Assembly (NCBI GenBank): GCA_040954595.2
Contig: CM082583.2
Location: forward strand, 7,252,849 to 7,316,848
Reading direction: 5' to 3'
Length of the DNA: 64,000 nucleotides
From: Balanoglossus misakiensis
Taxonomy: Eukaryota; Animalia; Hemichordata
A model generated the notes under the pieces. The model was not told where the DNA came from. It saw only the letters and a list, made by a program, of their open reading frames with translations, and searched no databases. Position numbers and translations under genes: made by a program. The stretch's first letter is position 1. Each line of letters starts with the position of its first letter. Of this stretch, positions 52,244-64,000 are shown in pieces.

Positions 52244-55200
52244 ATGTATACAGTGCTGTTGAAACCGACAATATATTCAGCATATCCCAGCATACAGAAC
52301 AACATCAAAATATTCTCCCATGAATCAGAAATACCGCGACTAAAAATGCCAACCATTCAATTGACATTTTGTGCTGCTACAGGCTCAGCTGTTGGTGGCT
52401 AATATTGCATTTGCGCACCCAAAATAAACAGGGGTCCGTATTCTGTGCCAGTAGAACGAAGCCACCAGCCAAAATCTGATAATCGCCAATAAACTAAAAA
52501 CAACCACACGGCCTTCAATTGTCGGTATTTTAGTGAAAGTTGTAGAGCGCAGCCTCGGCTCCGTCAGTGGACTCCCAATCATCCCCAGAGTTCACACACT
52601 TAGAAACCACCTAGGACAGTGTTAATAATCAGGCGACGTGAAAAGGGGTAGTACGTTTGTGAGTTATTGTATCAGTGCGTATAACTTACAAGACGTTTTA
52701 TGTTTTATACCCTACGGTATAGCACAGGAGATTATTTTTCTTAATTATTTCTCCCTAAAGGACGTTGGTAGTGTAGTTTAGAAGATTTCTTCTCACCAAA
52801 TTTCCGCCAAGCCCGTCAGAAACAAATTAATTGGCAATTTTTTCATATACATATGTCATCATGGCGGGAGTGAAGTCTCGCATAGTCTCGGATAATAACG
52901 CCGCTAAAACAAACGCTTGAAATCAATTTGTTTGATTCACAAAGGTAGCAATGGAAATCTGTATTTTTGCCGTACGTAGCCACTGACTGAATGCAAGAGT
53001 GAATTTTTATTTAACCCGACGGATGTGAAGAACATGTCGCAATTCTTAACAGTCCTAATTAATGATTCCTCCTAGCCTCTAAAACTGGATCCCATCTGTC
53101 CCGCCCAGCATATGATTTCAATGACATCTCGCCGCACAATAGGACAGCATTGTGCATTTTATTTGAACACAAAACATGCACAGAATTTCTACATGTCGTT
53201 CATATCTGTTGTGGTTTAAATAAACGGAGACAGATAAACACCGCAGAACACGGATCGTTTATTTTGGACACACCAGATGTGCGTTGCATATTAATAAAAT
53301 GACGTGCAGGGATCGCCTGTTTATACGCCATGCCTTCGTTTATGTAAATACGACACAACGTAAACCTTGCCATTTTCATTGCGCGTATATCGCGCTACGA
53401 ATAGACAATTCATTGATTCGAATCGACAATCACCATGCCAACAGGTGGTGCGGGCTTAGCGGGCATAAATGAAACGATAATGATCAGAAGAAAATGATAT
53501 CTTTTGAAAAGATTCTGTCCCCTTTTTTGAAGCATTGAGCAGTTTTCGCCAGAGGGAGAGGAGTGGCCATTTGTGACGAAATACGGCCGCTAAAATATTT
53601 TGTCGCCATGACGTCGCGTACCTCGCAGCGCTGCTAGCCACACGACGCGAATCAGTATACGATATTTGATGAGCCATGGCATTGTTTATTCCCGCCAGTA
53701 AGAAACTTAGAGAACGGCGACTGAAAATAGCTTCGGGAAATCCATGTTCCTTGCCCGAAATGAATCCGCTGTCTCCAACAGTAGGAGCCGCTATGTTTTT
53801 CCCCAAAACGGTAGCGTTCACGTGCGTTCAACTTGCCCCCCCCCCCTGGATGTGATAAAAGTAAAAGCGTGATTGACAGGTGACTGTGGAATGGGCGTCG
53901 TGATCGCTTCTTACGTCGTCGGTATCCGGTTTTAACACCACTCTCCTGGCTGTTCATGGCAGCTCGGTTTTGAAGTCCCCGAGATGTTCAACGCTAATAG
54001 AGCATAAAATTGAGATTTACTTCTGAATCTGTTTCTCTCCGACTTGGTGACAGAATGCATGAAAAGTTCTCAAGAGTATGCGCAAAGTGATCGCGACGGA
54101 CGCCTTTCGGGAGTTGTTCGGCGGTTGTAAATTTTCTTCAGGTGGTTGTTTTAAAGGTTCCACCCCTAGTCCGCTGGACCGCCCTCCTTAACTTGCAGCA
54201 AAGTTTTAAAATAGACTCCGCGAAGGGGATGAAACAGACGCGCGTCCTTTGCTCTAAGTCGGAAGGGTATGCCACTTTTCAAGCCAGCACTATGACAAAT
54301 AGCGTGGTAGCATACGCGTAACGGGGGCTGACGACAGCCTCTTGTGTATTGGGCAATTGAAAACCCTTGCGATACCCCAGTCATGACTTGAAAGGCGAGA
54401 GGAATTTCTGACTTTTCAGTCACATTATTTAGGGGTTGTACATTACACAAACGGTAGGCGGTTTTGCCTATTGTGATGGTCTTGGCTTGTTTGAGCTTCG
54501 GCGCCATGGTATATGTCGCGAAAACAGTATTGGTTACCTATTGAAAACCCTACCCCAGCAGTCAACGCTGCCCCTGGTCTCTGAGTTGGGCATGTCGAAG
54601 CTCACAAACGGCGACCACCATAGGCGAACGCCCAGGGAATTAAGCGAAGCCAAGCCCCTCTCAAATACTCCTCCGTAACCAGCCCGCTCCCTCGATGACG
54701 CGTATTTTTTATCGAGCGCCGCAATCAAAACAGTTTTGTTTTTTGACTTGTGAGGTCTACGCGTCTAGACAGGCGTACGATGCAAGGCGGCGGCTTATCT
54801 GCTTACGGCATCAAGCCAAACAATTCCCCTGCCCATAAAGAGAAAGGCGACTGTTTGTCACTCACGGGGCTGACCAGTGCCGTTTGACAGCTCGAAATAA
54901 TATCAGGCTCAATATATCAATATACAAAAGTCGGTTGCCATGCCGACGCCCCCGCTGGCTTCCAACTTCTCACCCTTGCACTGCGGTTTGTTTTTGGTGT
55001 TGAAGAAAAAAATCCGTATTTTTACAGTTACTGCTCTACAGTAGCGTAAAAGGGGGGAGGGCAACTCAAGGCAGCATGGGAAGGAAGGAGCTAGCATGAT
55101 CCAGGAATCACCATCTCTGCTGGTTACTTGAACCTGTCAGAATTTTTGTGTACCCTCGTTGATTTATAGTGTAATAGTTTCTCGAATTACGCACAAGCCC

Positions 55201-58200
55201 CACCCCACTTATCTTTCTCTTTTTTGCTAAACACTTGGACGTTCGATAATTACCGCACAAAGGACTTTCAAAGGGCTGTATACGAGGAGGGGGGACGGGA
55301 TATTAAGTTACCTCTCATCGATATGTGTTTGTTCCACTGGGTGACTGCCTGCACCCTTGAATTCGGCCTTCTTTTCAATGGGCCGAGTATTTGGCTAACA
55401 CTAGCCACCTTTGTGAAACTGAAGGGCTTACAAAGCACCCAAAAAATTGGCAGCGCTGGTAATATGATAGATTCCGACACCGGACGCTGTAAACTTAGAA
55501 AACTTTTTTTTCTGTCCCCGTGAGTGTGTGTGTGTGAAGGTTTTCAGCGCGAGACATTCTGACGGATAAATCACAACACTCGGGGAAAGTTTAGTTTCTT
55601 AAAGCAAGATTCTTATCAGAACAACTGCGGGCTTCTGGAAACTCAACGCATGCTGTTCTCACGGAAAGCCTCCGAGTAACCACGCGAGCCAGCGCACCAG
55701 TTCAGAAGCCTATGAGGCATATCGCCACGCCGTCTTCCCTGATTGATCGTGTCAAACCTCGAGGGGTCTGTGGCTGGCATCGGGTCGGAAGACGTTGCCT
55801 ATAAAACCAATCATTCATTCGCAGAAGCAGGACGCGGAAGAATCGGTCCAAGGATTTTTCTTTCCCTTTCTACAATGAAAAGGAAAGACAGCGGAAACGC
55901 GCGTGCATCATTGAAACGGCGCATGTGTCGTTTCTTGCATCCTTCCGCCAACTCCTGGGGCGTGTATCGCCCGAGGGGTTTAACTGCAATTCTTTAATTA
56001 ACTATTAATTTAAAAGTTGTCAAACCGCGAACGAGTTTAACAAAGGGGTAGTTTTTAGTGGGTGTGGCTCAGTAATACGGAGGGACAACATATCCACGGG
56101 GGTTGATCGGACGACTAATTAACAACATATCGATAATAGCCCTACCGACACAATTCATTCGCACCTTGTTCTCGGCTCTGTGTTTATGTGTTTATAGAAA
56201 AATTAATCGGAATAGCCGCGGGCAAGGTTTACACTTGGCAGTGGCGTTGTTTGTAGAGGGGATTCTAACGTTCCCCCCATTCAGCCCAAAGTTGTTTCAC
56301 CGAGCTGTTTGTCTTTATGCTTCCACAGCCAAGAATGTTGACACGCCGGCTGCAACTGTAGAAAGCGGGAACAAAGCGCAATTTGCCAATAGAGCTCCGG
56401 AGTATTGATTTATCCAGCCCAAAAGAAATTTCGCATCTCAAGTTGACTTTTCGAGCAAACAGCTTGCCATTCGTTCATACACTCGCAGATTTTTCAAATG
56501 TTTTATGTTCGCCCCTCACAATAAGTTCAATGGTGATTCCAAAAGGACGACAGGTCCCGACTTTTGATTTTAGATCTTTTGTACGACTGCATGTAGACCT
56601 CCCCTATGTTTTGATACAGCCAGTGTAGAAAAGGCCCCCGATGACATTCTAAGCCGGCGACAAGTTATTCGATTGTCCCTGGATCTAAATGTCAGCAACT
56701 TGGTTGTTTTAGTTTGCCCTATGCGGTGTCGGATTCTTGTCGATGTCTGACGAACGCTTCCCGTTCCTTAGACAACCCGCTGTCTGAGTTTCGTTCCCCA
56801 AGACTGCGTCCTGTGGTGTTCGTCCATTGTTTCGGTTTGCGGGATCCTTGTAAGCAAGGCCGGGGTGACGCTCTTCTTCATGCACACCTATAACTCGACA
56901 GGGCACCTGTATCTAGTCACGTGTTGCCGATGTTGTCTCTTATTTGCATTGGCCCGGCTTCCACTGTTATGATTCGACCTGGTTGAAATACTCCGCGTGT
57001 AAGTCACCATGATCAGTGAACGACACGAATTCCTCCCGCGACGTTACAAGGACGAACAACTAGGCACCACAACCCGGACCATCCAAGCGTTACACAACAA
57101 GGTGTCCCAAGATTGTCTCGAATGTCTCCGCCTCTCGAGGGGACAATCCTCCACGCATGTAAAGACAAGGCTGTCCCAAACCAATCTCCCGAGAGCGCAA
57201 GCAGCCCTGCAGATTAACAACAAACGCAATAATGCCATACATTCGATCAAAGGGGACGGGAAAACGCGTCATTTCTCCTCGCTGATACACGCCTACGTCA
57301 ACTCCACCGGCTGAGATCAAACTCCACGCAGGGGTTTCGATTTTTATATTTACGTCACAGTCAATTCATCGCGTCTAATATAGGGACTATCTCTATGCCA
57401 GAAATCGAAAAGTCTCATTCTAAATACGAGTTTCCGTTTCTTTATCTTCCAATCGATGCGACAAACTGTGAATTGCTGGCGAGAATAAGAAATACATGTA
57501 TACCAAAATACCATTTCTCTCTTAACACAACCCTTTACAAAATACATCTGCAATATGCTCTAGTACTCTAAACCATTGGACAATTCCGTCAAATTGTATT
57601 ATCTTTTCATCTTGTATTATGTAAATATATATTTTGCCTATATGTATTATACACTATTGACTCGTGATTTTTTTTTCAATCGGGCAATTTAATCGAGTTT
57701 TACTGTCGTAACAAAGGTAATTGTCTTTTCCCTAAAGTTTTTTAAACATTCGATACTTTTGGTATTATTTTGGCTATTGTTGATTCATTTGATGGGTTAT
57801 TGATGTTATTCTGCTCACTTAAATATGCCCAGTGACCAGTAGGTACAACTCAATTCACATGGCTATAACTACATCTTTGAAGGCCTCCTACCCGAGACAG
57901 GGAAATGTTTTGGCTATCAAAGAGAGTTCGAAGGACTTCACAGCTGGAACGCTGGAGTCAAGGTTAATAAGCGTCAGCGGAAACAAATCTAGGGGGATAA
58001 AGAATTCCCTAAAATTCCCAACTTGTCAATTCAGGACGTCCAACCGTCGCCCTGGTGATCGGACCGAGGACGCGCGGGGTAAACCGAAACTGCAGTAGGT
58101 ATCTGTCACGCTGATCGGAATTTGTCGCGTGATGTCACGCCGTCACTCCCAGAGTGGCCGCGTCGATGTAAACAGCGCAGCTGCCTGCTTGCAATCGGTC

Positions 58201-58475
58201 AAAATAATCTTCTTTTCTCAGTGAAGTTGGTATCTCTGCAAGCTTGTCATTCACACTGCGGTTGACAGTGGCCAGTTACACGCCTATTGTACAACGAGGC
58301 GCCACCCTTCGCTTGCCCTGCGAGGCATTTCATTCGAAAGTTAAGATAACCAAATACTTCTGTAACTTTTCAGCCGCTGATGTACCTTAACTTGACAAGT
58401 TTAATCGTGGTATCGCAAAGTTTTTATCGGAAACGTTCTGCCTTGTCGAACCGAAAGGCCTGGCCGATAGACAGT

Positions 58476-58588
58476 TAGACTTTAGAAGGACGAACTGATT
58501 GACAGACGGGCGGGCAGGCAGACGGCAGATAAAACGAACGGACAGACAGACAGACATTCAGACGTATACACAGATAAGCAGACAAACA
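58476..58588. repeat. Degenerate GACA/GACG/GGCA tetranucleotide repeat
   Basis: Directly visible. Confidence 0.8.
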
Positions 58589-61301
58589 CATGGTTATGCA
58601 AATATGACCAGATCTCCTGAAATAATGTAACCTTGACGAACATTTAAAGGTTTCCATGGAAATGAATCAGAGTATTGCATTTTCTGATAACATGTACAAA
58701 ATTGGCATTTAAAGTATTTAAAATTGGATTTTCGATTCCCATTCAAACGGAAAATCAAACACAATTGATACTAATGTTTCATCATTAATTCCACATTTTC
58801 CATATGGCATCGCTCATAGCCCCGAAACACTCGTACCCCGGATAACGCCGTCCGTATTCTGAACGACTGTATCCATGACTACACCCTAACGCGCAAACGC
58901 CATATTTACCCTTTTAATGACCACTGTAGCCTGGCCCAAAATCAAATGATTTGGGATTAACGCGGTATCATGTTTTATCGCATTGGTTAAAGTGCAAGAC
59001 ACGGGAATCACAAGGTTGGAGAACACAAAACGGCGTTTTGATTCAAATCTGAACAAAACGATCTGTTAAAATACTATAGGACACACATAGTGCGCTTAAA
59101 ATTTGGCGGCTTTGGAGAGTGAATTGGTCTCGGATTATCCATAAACTACTCGTATATAGACATGCTTGCATCGCACATGCACTGGGAAACTTTGGAGTCC
59201 CCTTTTTCGGCAATATGCAGGTAATAGGCGGTCTCCCAGTCTTGATGCCAACCAGACCAAAAGTAATCGCTTTCATAGTAGTTTTTTGGTAGAAATCCAA
59301 TCAGGATTCAGGGAGGAAACCGCCTTAGGGGTAGGAAGCTACACAAGAAACGGCAAAAGGAAGTGTCAATTCGGACCATTTTGCCGCCGGCCAAAAATTT
59401 ATCGTCGGTTTCTTTTGACGTTTACGGCTTTATCTAGCTTTTGTAAAACGGCCTTTCCCGCCGAGAGACTGACGACAATTCAGCGACCTTTCGCCTCGGG
59501 GTGTTGTGGAAATTCTCTGATCAGTCAGGATGTTAATCGCCTCCGGACTGTGGTATAGATGCGAGGCCCTGAAAGTCAAGTTTGACCAAGGACGGTGGTG
59601 ACTCCTTCCAATGGGTTGATGCGGATTTCAATTCCCATGAAACTCACATCTGTGTATTTTTAACTGCATTTAGAAAACCAGTTCTACTCCATCGCAAAGA
59701 ACTGGCTACACGCCCGCCGCGCCGACGATATGCGCATTTATCACGCTCCAGGAAAGGACAAAAATATTCTGCGAGCGACTCCACGTTCCATTTCCGGAGA
59801 AATGTGTATGAGGCGGGAGCACATTGGAATAGTCGTCCATTCGCTATATGCAAAGTGACGCGAGGGCAAAGTCTGAGCCTAATTTTGCTACCGCGCTGTC
59901 ACGGACAATTGTCGACTGTCATTTTCAGGTGGCCTCAAAGCATGACAGCCGAGCACACCAGAGAGCATAGATTTGCCGCACCCTGGAAAAGCTTTCCCCC
60001 TTTTTCTGCGATTAGCTTAAAACCGCTGTTTGCCCGGCTTTACGGAACGTGGAAGTTCGTAGCCTTCATCAATTTGTAATTTTCAGATAGGTAGACATGT
60101 AATTAAGATTACGATTATAGAAGGGTGAGCAGTTTGTACCTCATCATTGGGCGCTTGGAACAAATCACACAATATGAACACGGCTTTAATAAAACTCTGC
60201 AGTTCCATTAACTGAATTAGTTTTTTATACCGCGTGCGACTGCCTATTGCAACACTATGTCAGTGAAAGCCGGAATCGTATGAGTACATCGACGCGGACG
60301 TTCTCTCTCCATTCTTCCCTCGTCTGAATTGCCGATTCATTTTTCTCGCCTTTTGTAGAGCAACCTTCACATATTTTGTAATTTCGCGAGTCGTGTCAGA
60401 AAAAAAATCAAATAACTAAACACAGCCAGCAAGAACGTACTCTTATTTGTTTAAAACTTGGGAAGGGCCCGATTGGCGTCTTTTGTACGGATGAAATTTG
60501 ATGTCATAGGACGCATCGGTGTTCTATATGCGCGGGAACAGATTAGCTTCGTGGCGAGTGATAGGACTAATTGCGGAGCGGCGTGTCCAGGATTGCCTTG
60601 TTAACGCCCTTTGATGATCTCTCTGTGAAATTGCGTGTTATTTGTGGGCATCGATCGCCAAGGTGACGGTCCTCATAGCGACACGTGAGTATCTTGAGAA
60701 ATTAATTATCTCCACGAGTTCTTCCAATGAAGTTGTGGCAAACTACTGAAGAGAGTGCGATGTGTTACCGTCACGGCTTTAAAGGGACAAACATGCTCAC
60801 CCATCGTAGGACAATGTTTGTGGTCTACTACTTGCAGTCACAGTACAGGATTGCTTCAATTACACAAATGAATATGTATCATTCTGAGGGCCCGCTGTAA
60901 CCATATCAAATGCAAAAATCTTTCTCGAAGTTTACAAATAAATTATACAAAGCTATGGGGTCACCGCAAAACCGATTTTAAAGTTTACTTCGATGTTTCA
61001 TGACACGAACCAAATTGTATTCACAACATAATATCATCTTTATCAATTATTAAAACCAATCTCGTCTTTCTGGGATTCTAGTCGCACCTGAAATAAGCCC
61101 GGTGCAATGCCGAGACCTTGCCGAAAGCAGCTTATTGGAAAGCTTTAGCTAAGCGCCTGCATCATTCTGTCATCAGAATATTTATCTTTCTTTCTTTTTT
61201 TTCAACTCAACCCAGAAGAGACATTTTTCGAAGACGTGCGATTGGATCGCGCATTGCGTGACCTTTGAACCGAAAAATATGCCGATAGGACCGTTTAACG
61301 C

Positions 61302-61670
61302 AAGACAGCCATGTATTACCTCAAATACAGTTCCACAGTCACACGGAGACGCGCTCCCTCAGGACGGCTCCCAAATTCCACGCGGCGTCCTCGGAAACAT
61401 CCACCACGGCTTCACCAAGTCCCTTCGACAGTTTCAATCTTCAGCTAACACAGTCGACAGGTAAACTCCGTACGGTGGGCTCCCAAAACTCCTCCAAGGC
61501 GACGGCACAGCTACCAGACCAGAATCAAAATGGGTCACACGACAACGTGGCACTGGGTGGTTTTTACATGACCAAAAACTAACACCTGGTCACGCTAATA
61601 TGTTAAATAAAAAAATAAACATAGGTGCACCTGGCCACGAAAACAATAGAAAAACTTCTCCTACGTAACA
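61302..61670. mobile_element. Truncated second copy of the same LTR, in the same orientation as 43303-43675
   Basis: Roughly 96% identical by hand alignment (about 13-14 substitutions and one ~4-nt indel). It ends in the same CTCCTACGTAACA terminus and lacks the first ~230 bp. Confidence 0.93.
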
Positions 61671-62333
61671 CGGAATTCAACGAGAATATAATTTTACATA
61701 GTAGTCGCAGAGGTATGACGGTATTCAATTTGTCACTGAATTGTCCGTGTTGATGTACACACCGTTATCTATCTATCTTGAAATATTCAGAAGATTGATA
61801 TTGTCACGTGACTAATGTTTGTTTCCGAAGTGCATGATGTCATGTCATCCAGTATTTCGGAATGTCGTGGTTTTCCGGTCCTATAAGTTAAGGGGTGGTC
61901 GAATTATGAATATGCGTTGACAGAGTATCGGCCCCCGGACATTCAACACTTGTATAGGACGTGATATTCCTTCGAAGTGAATATGCGTAAGAATAGCGGG
62001 AGCGTCTTCAAATAAAAGTTAAGCCTCATTCAATGCAAATTGTCTGTGAAGATTAGAAAGTTAAAATCAGTGTTTACTTAAAGTGGCAGCCTCCATGCAC
62101 TGAATGTAATTGCAGAAACGGAGTCTAGTCGGAGTTTGCTATTTACGTTATCAAATCTTCAGCATAACTTTCCGGATTTTATAAATTTCTTAAATATTTG
62201 TATCGCTGTCGGAGTTTTTTGTCTTGTTTACGAAACGTCAGAGCTTTGAAAGTGACGGAAGGACATACGGGATATTTCCGCGCCGAATTGCAAGATGGGA
62301 AAACAATCAGCGTGAAGTTACTGCCTATAAACC

Positions 62334-62404
<71 letters not shown>
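62334..62404. repeat. (CAT)~23 microsatellite
   Basis: Directly visible. It explains the poly-Ser and poly-Ile ORFs. Confidence 0.97.
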
Positions 62405-64000
62405 CCATTACAATTGTTGTTGTTGTTTGTTTACATTATTGTTTGTCTACATAAAGGATGTTGAAACACCTTGAACTAGACATGCATACTATATACAGTT
62501 CTTGTGGACTTTGAATCCAACAGGTCCATATTTTATTGTAAATATGTCAATGACTTGCTCTTTGCTCTAGATCTGTACTGGACATGAAATCATGGGACCA
62601 TTTACGTGTTACGCCTACATGCAGGATGTGCTGTCCTCTGGGGACAAATACTTTGGCATGTTTGCGTTAGTAGCTATAGGATAACGCGTGACAATACAGT
62701 ACCCAAAATAACGTCTTCTGTGCTCGTGAACATTGCAAAAAATTCTCTTAATTGGACAAAAGATATTTTCCTGGGAATGAACTGAAACAATGTTGTGCTT
62801 TTCTGGGCATTCGTTTATCTGAAATATAATAATTGTATATTTTCTGCTTTTTCTCTTTTCAACAGGTTTTCATTTTGCGTGCTGAAAATATGCGGCCATG
62901 CTCCACTCTTCACTTGCTGTCACCCACGCGTCTCAGGGGTTTTAAAAAATGACTTCTGCGTTTGACAGTCCAATGGTCGCACTCCTGTGACCTTCCAGTT
63001 GTTCTTGGGCTTTGACGCCGGTTGCACGGCACACTGGCACGTCGGATCGTTTAATGAGAGGTCTCCGGCGCCAGCCTCGTCGATTTTTCGTGGCAGCAGC
63101 CCTCGTCGCGTCTCCGGTTTGACTGCTGAGCTTGCTTTCACCCAAGCCCCCTTCGACTTGGCTAGACTGAGACAATCAAGAGTGTTCGTCATTGTACCTT
63201 TAACAAACACAAACGCGTATCATCTAATTACCCATCGTTCAACTCTATGCGGAGTTTCACTGCGCCTGGAAAAAAAGTGGGGTCTCGTAAAACGCCTTAA
63301 ATTATGGTGTTTTGTTTGGGTTTGAAGAATGAGTTTTCGGCGCTTTTTAGAGACCTCTGTGTAACCCTTTCTTTGCCGGGGACAGGTTCATCTCTCTCCT
63401 TAGAATCCGAAATCAGGCCAAGACAGGCGGGGGCGTGAGAAAAGGCAAGACACTCGCGACACCCATAAAACAATTCAGGAAGATGAGGGTACGGAGCTCG
63501 TCTTCATTTGATGTTAGCCTATTATTCCATCCAGGTCCCAAGTCGACAATATTTGAACAGCAACAGCGCGACTGCCAGTGGACCACATATGTTCACTCTG
63601 TACCTTGTAGTAATGTTCAGAAGTCAAAGTTTCCGAAGTTTATTTGTTTCTCTCTGTATCGTTCGAAATTTCGACCGCCTCGAAAAACTCATTTATCACG
63701 TGCAAATTTTGGACATTCTTGGTTGTTTCTCCGCGTTCTCTCGTCTTCTTTTTATTATCTTTTCTTTTTCGCTGAGGGTTGGTGGTCTCGAACCCCCCTC
63801 GCACATGCAATCTATCACTGACAAAACGTCCGGCAGTCGCGTGTGATCCGAAATGAGCACAGTCTCGCATGCCAGCCTACAGTCGTTGCCTGGCAACATG
63901 TACCAATTATGCACGGTTGCCAGGCGAAGACGCGCATAGCCCGAATCGCGTCCCCGCATCTGTTCGTAGTTTTTTCCACAGTAGCGAATACACCGTGACC

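Noticed and set aside
56941-56962. miR-92-like sequence tatttgcattggcccggctt
   Set aside because: The seed does not match TATTGCAC, and there is no complementary 5' arm to form a precursor hairpin.
57009-57320. Overlapping open frames in a GC-balanced, coding-looking stretch
   Set aside because: No frame resembles SCAPER or any family I recognise, and there are no convincing paired splice sites.
59582-60079. 165-aa ORF
   Set aside because: It has a TTG start, no recognisable motif and no evident splice context.
43074-61670. A single 18.6-kb LTR retrotransposon bounded by the two LTR copies
   Set aside because: The first LTR has a TSD on both sides, the second is truncated with a different flank (CGGA), and no internal retroelement ORFs are visible.
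62198-62464. Poly-Ser and poly-Ile ORFs
   Set aside because: They are translations of the (CAT)n microsatellite.

Overview
This is eukaryotic animal DNA, probably from an invertebrate deuterostome (inferred from the vertebrate-like Islet protein and gene structure, with no obvious CpG depletion). The only confidently identified protein-coding gene is a complete six-exon LIM-homeobox gene of the Islet class on the + strand: CDS join(24505-24529, 24813-25002, 25658-25908, 27414-27712, 31820-32005, 34674-34793), 1071 nt, 356 aa, with LIM1, LIM2, a homeodomain and an Lhx3/4-binding domain. All five introns are GT-AG and phase-compatible, and the probable 3' UTR runs about 1.4 kb. About 24 kb upstream and 28 kb downstream appear non-coding and rich in homeodomain, Fox and CTCF-like motifs. 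Mobile DNA includes a 602-bp solo LTR with a 4-bp target-site duplication (TSD), a 102-bp hairpin MITE with a 9-bp TSD inserted exactly at that LTR's terminus, a truncated second copy of the LTR 18 kb away, and an L2/CR1-type LINE relic. An unidentified exon-like or decayed coding segment lies on the minus strand at the left edge. I did not find a convincing new biological system. The best leads are the nested MITE/LTR, a dual acceptor/donor site at the last islet exon, a Cys for Asp zinc ligand in LIM1, and the orphan coding segment at 17-355.
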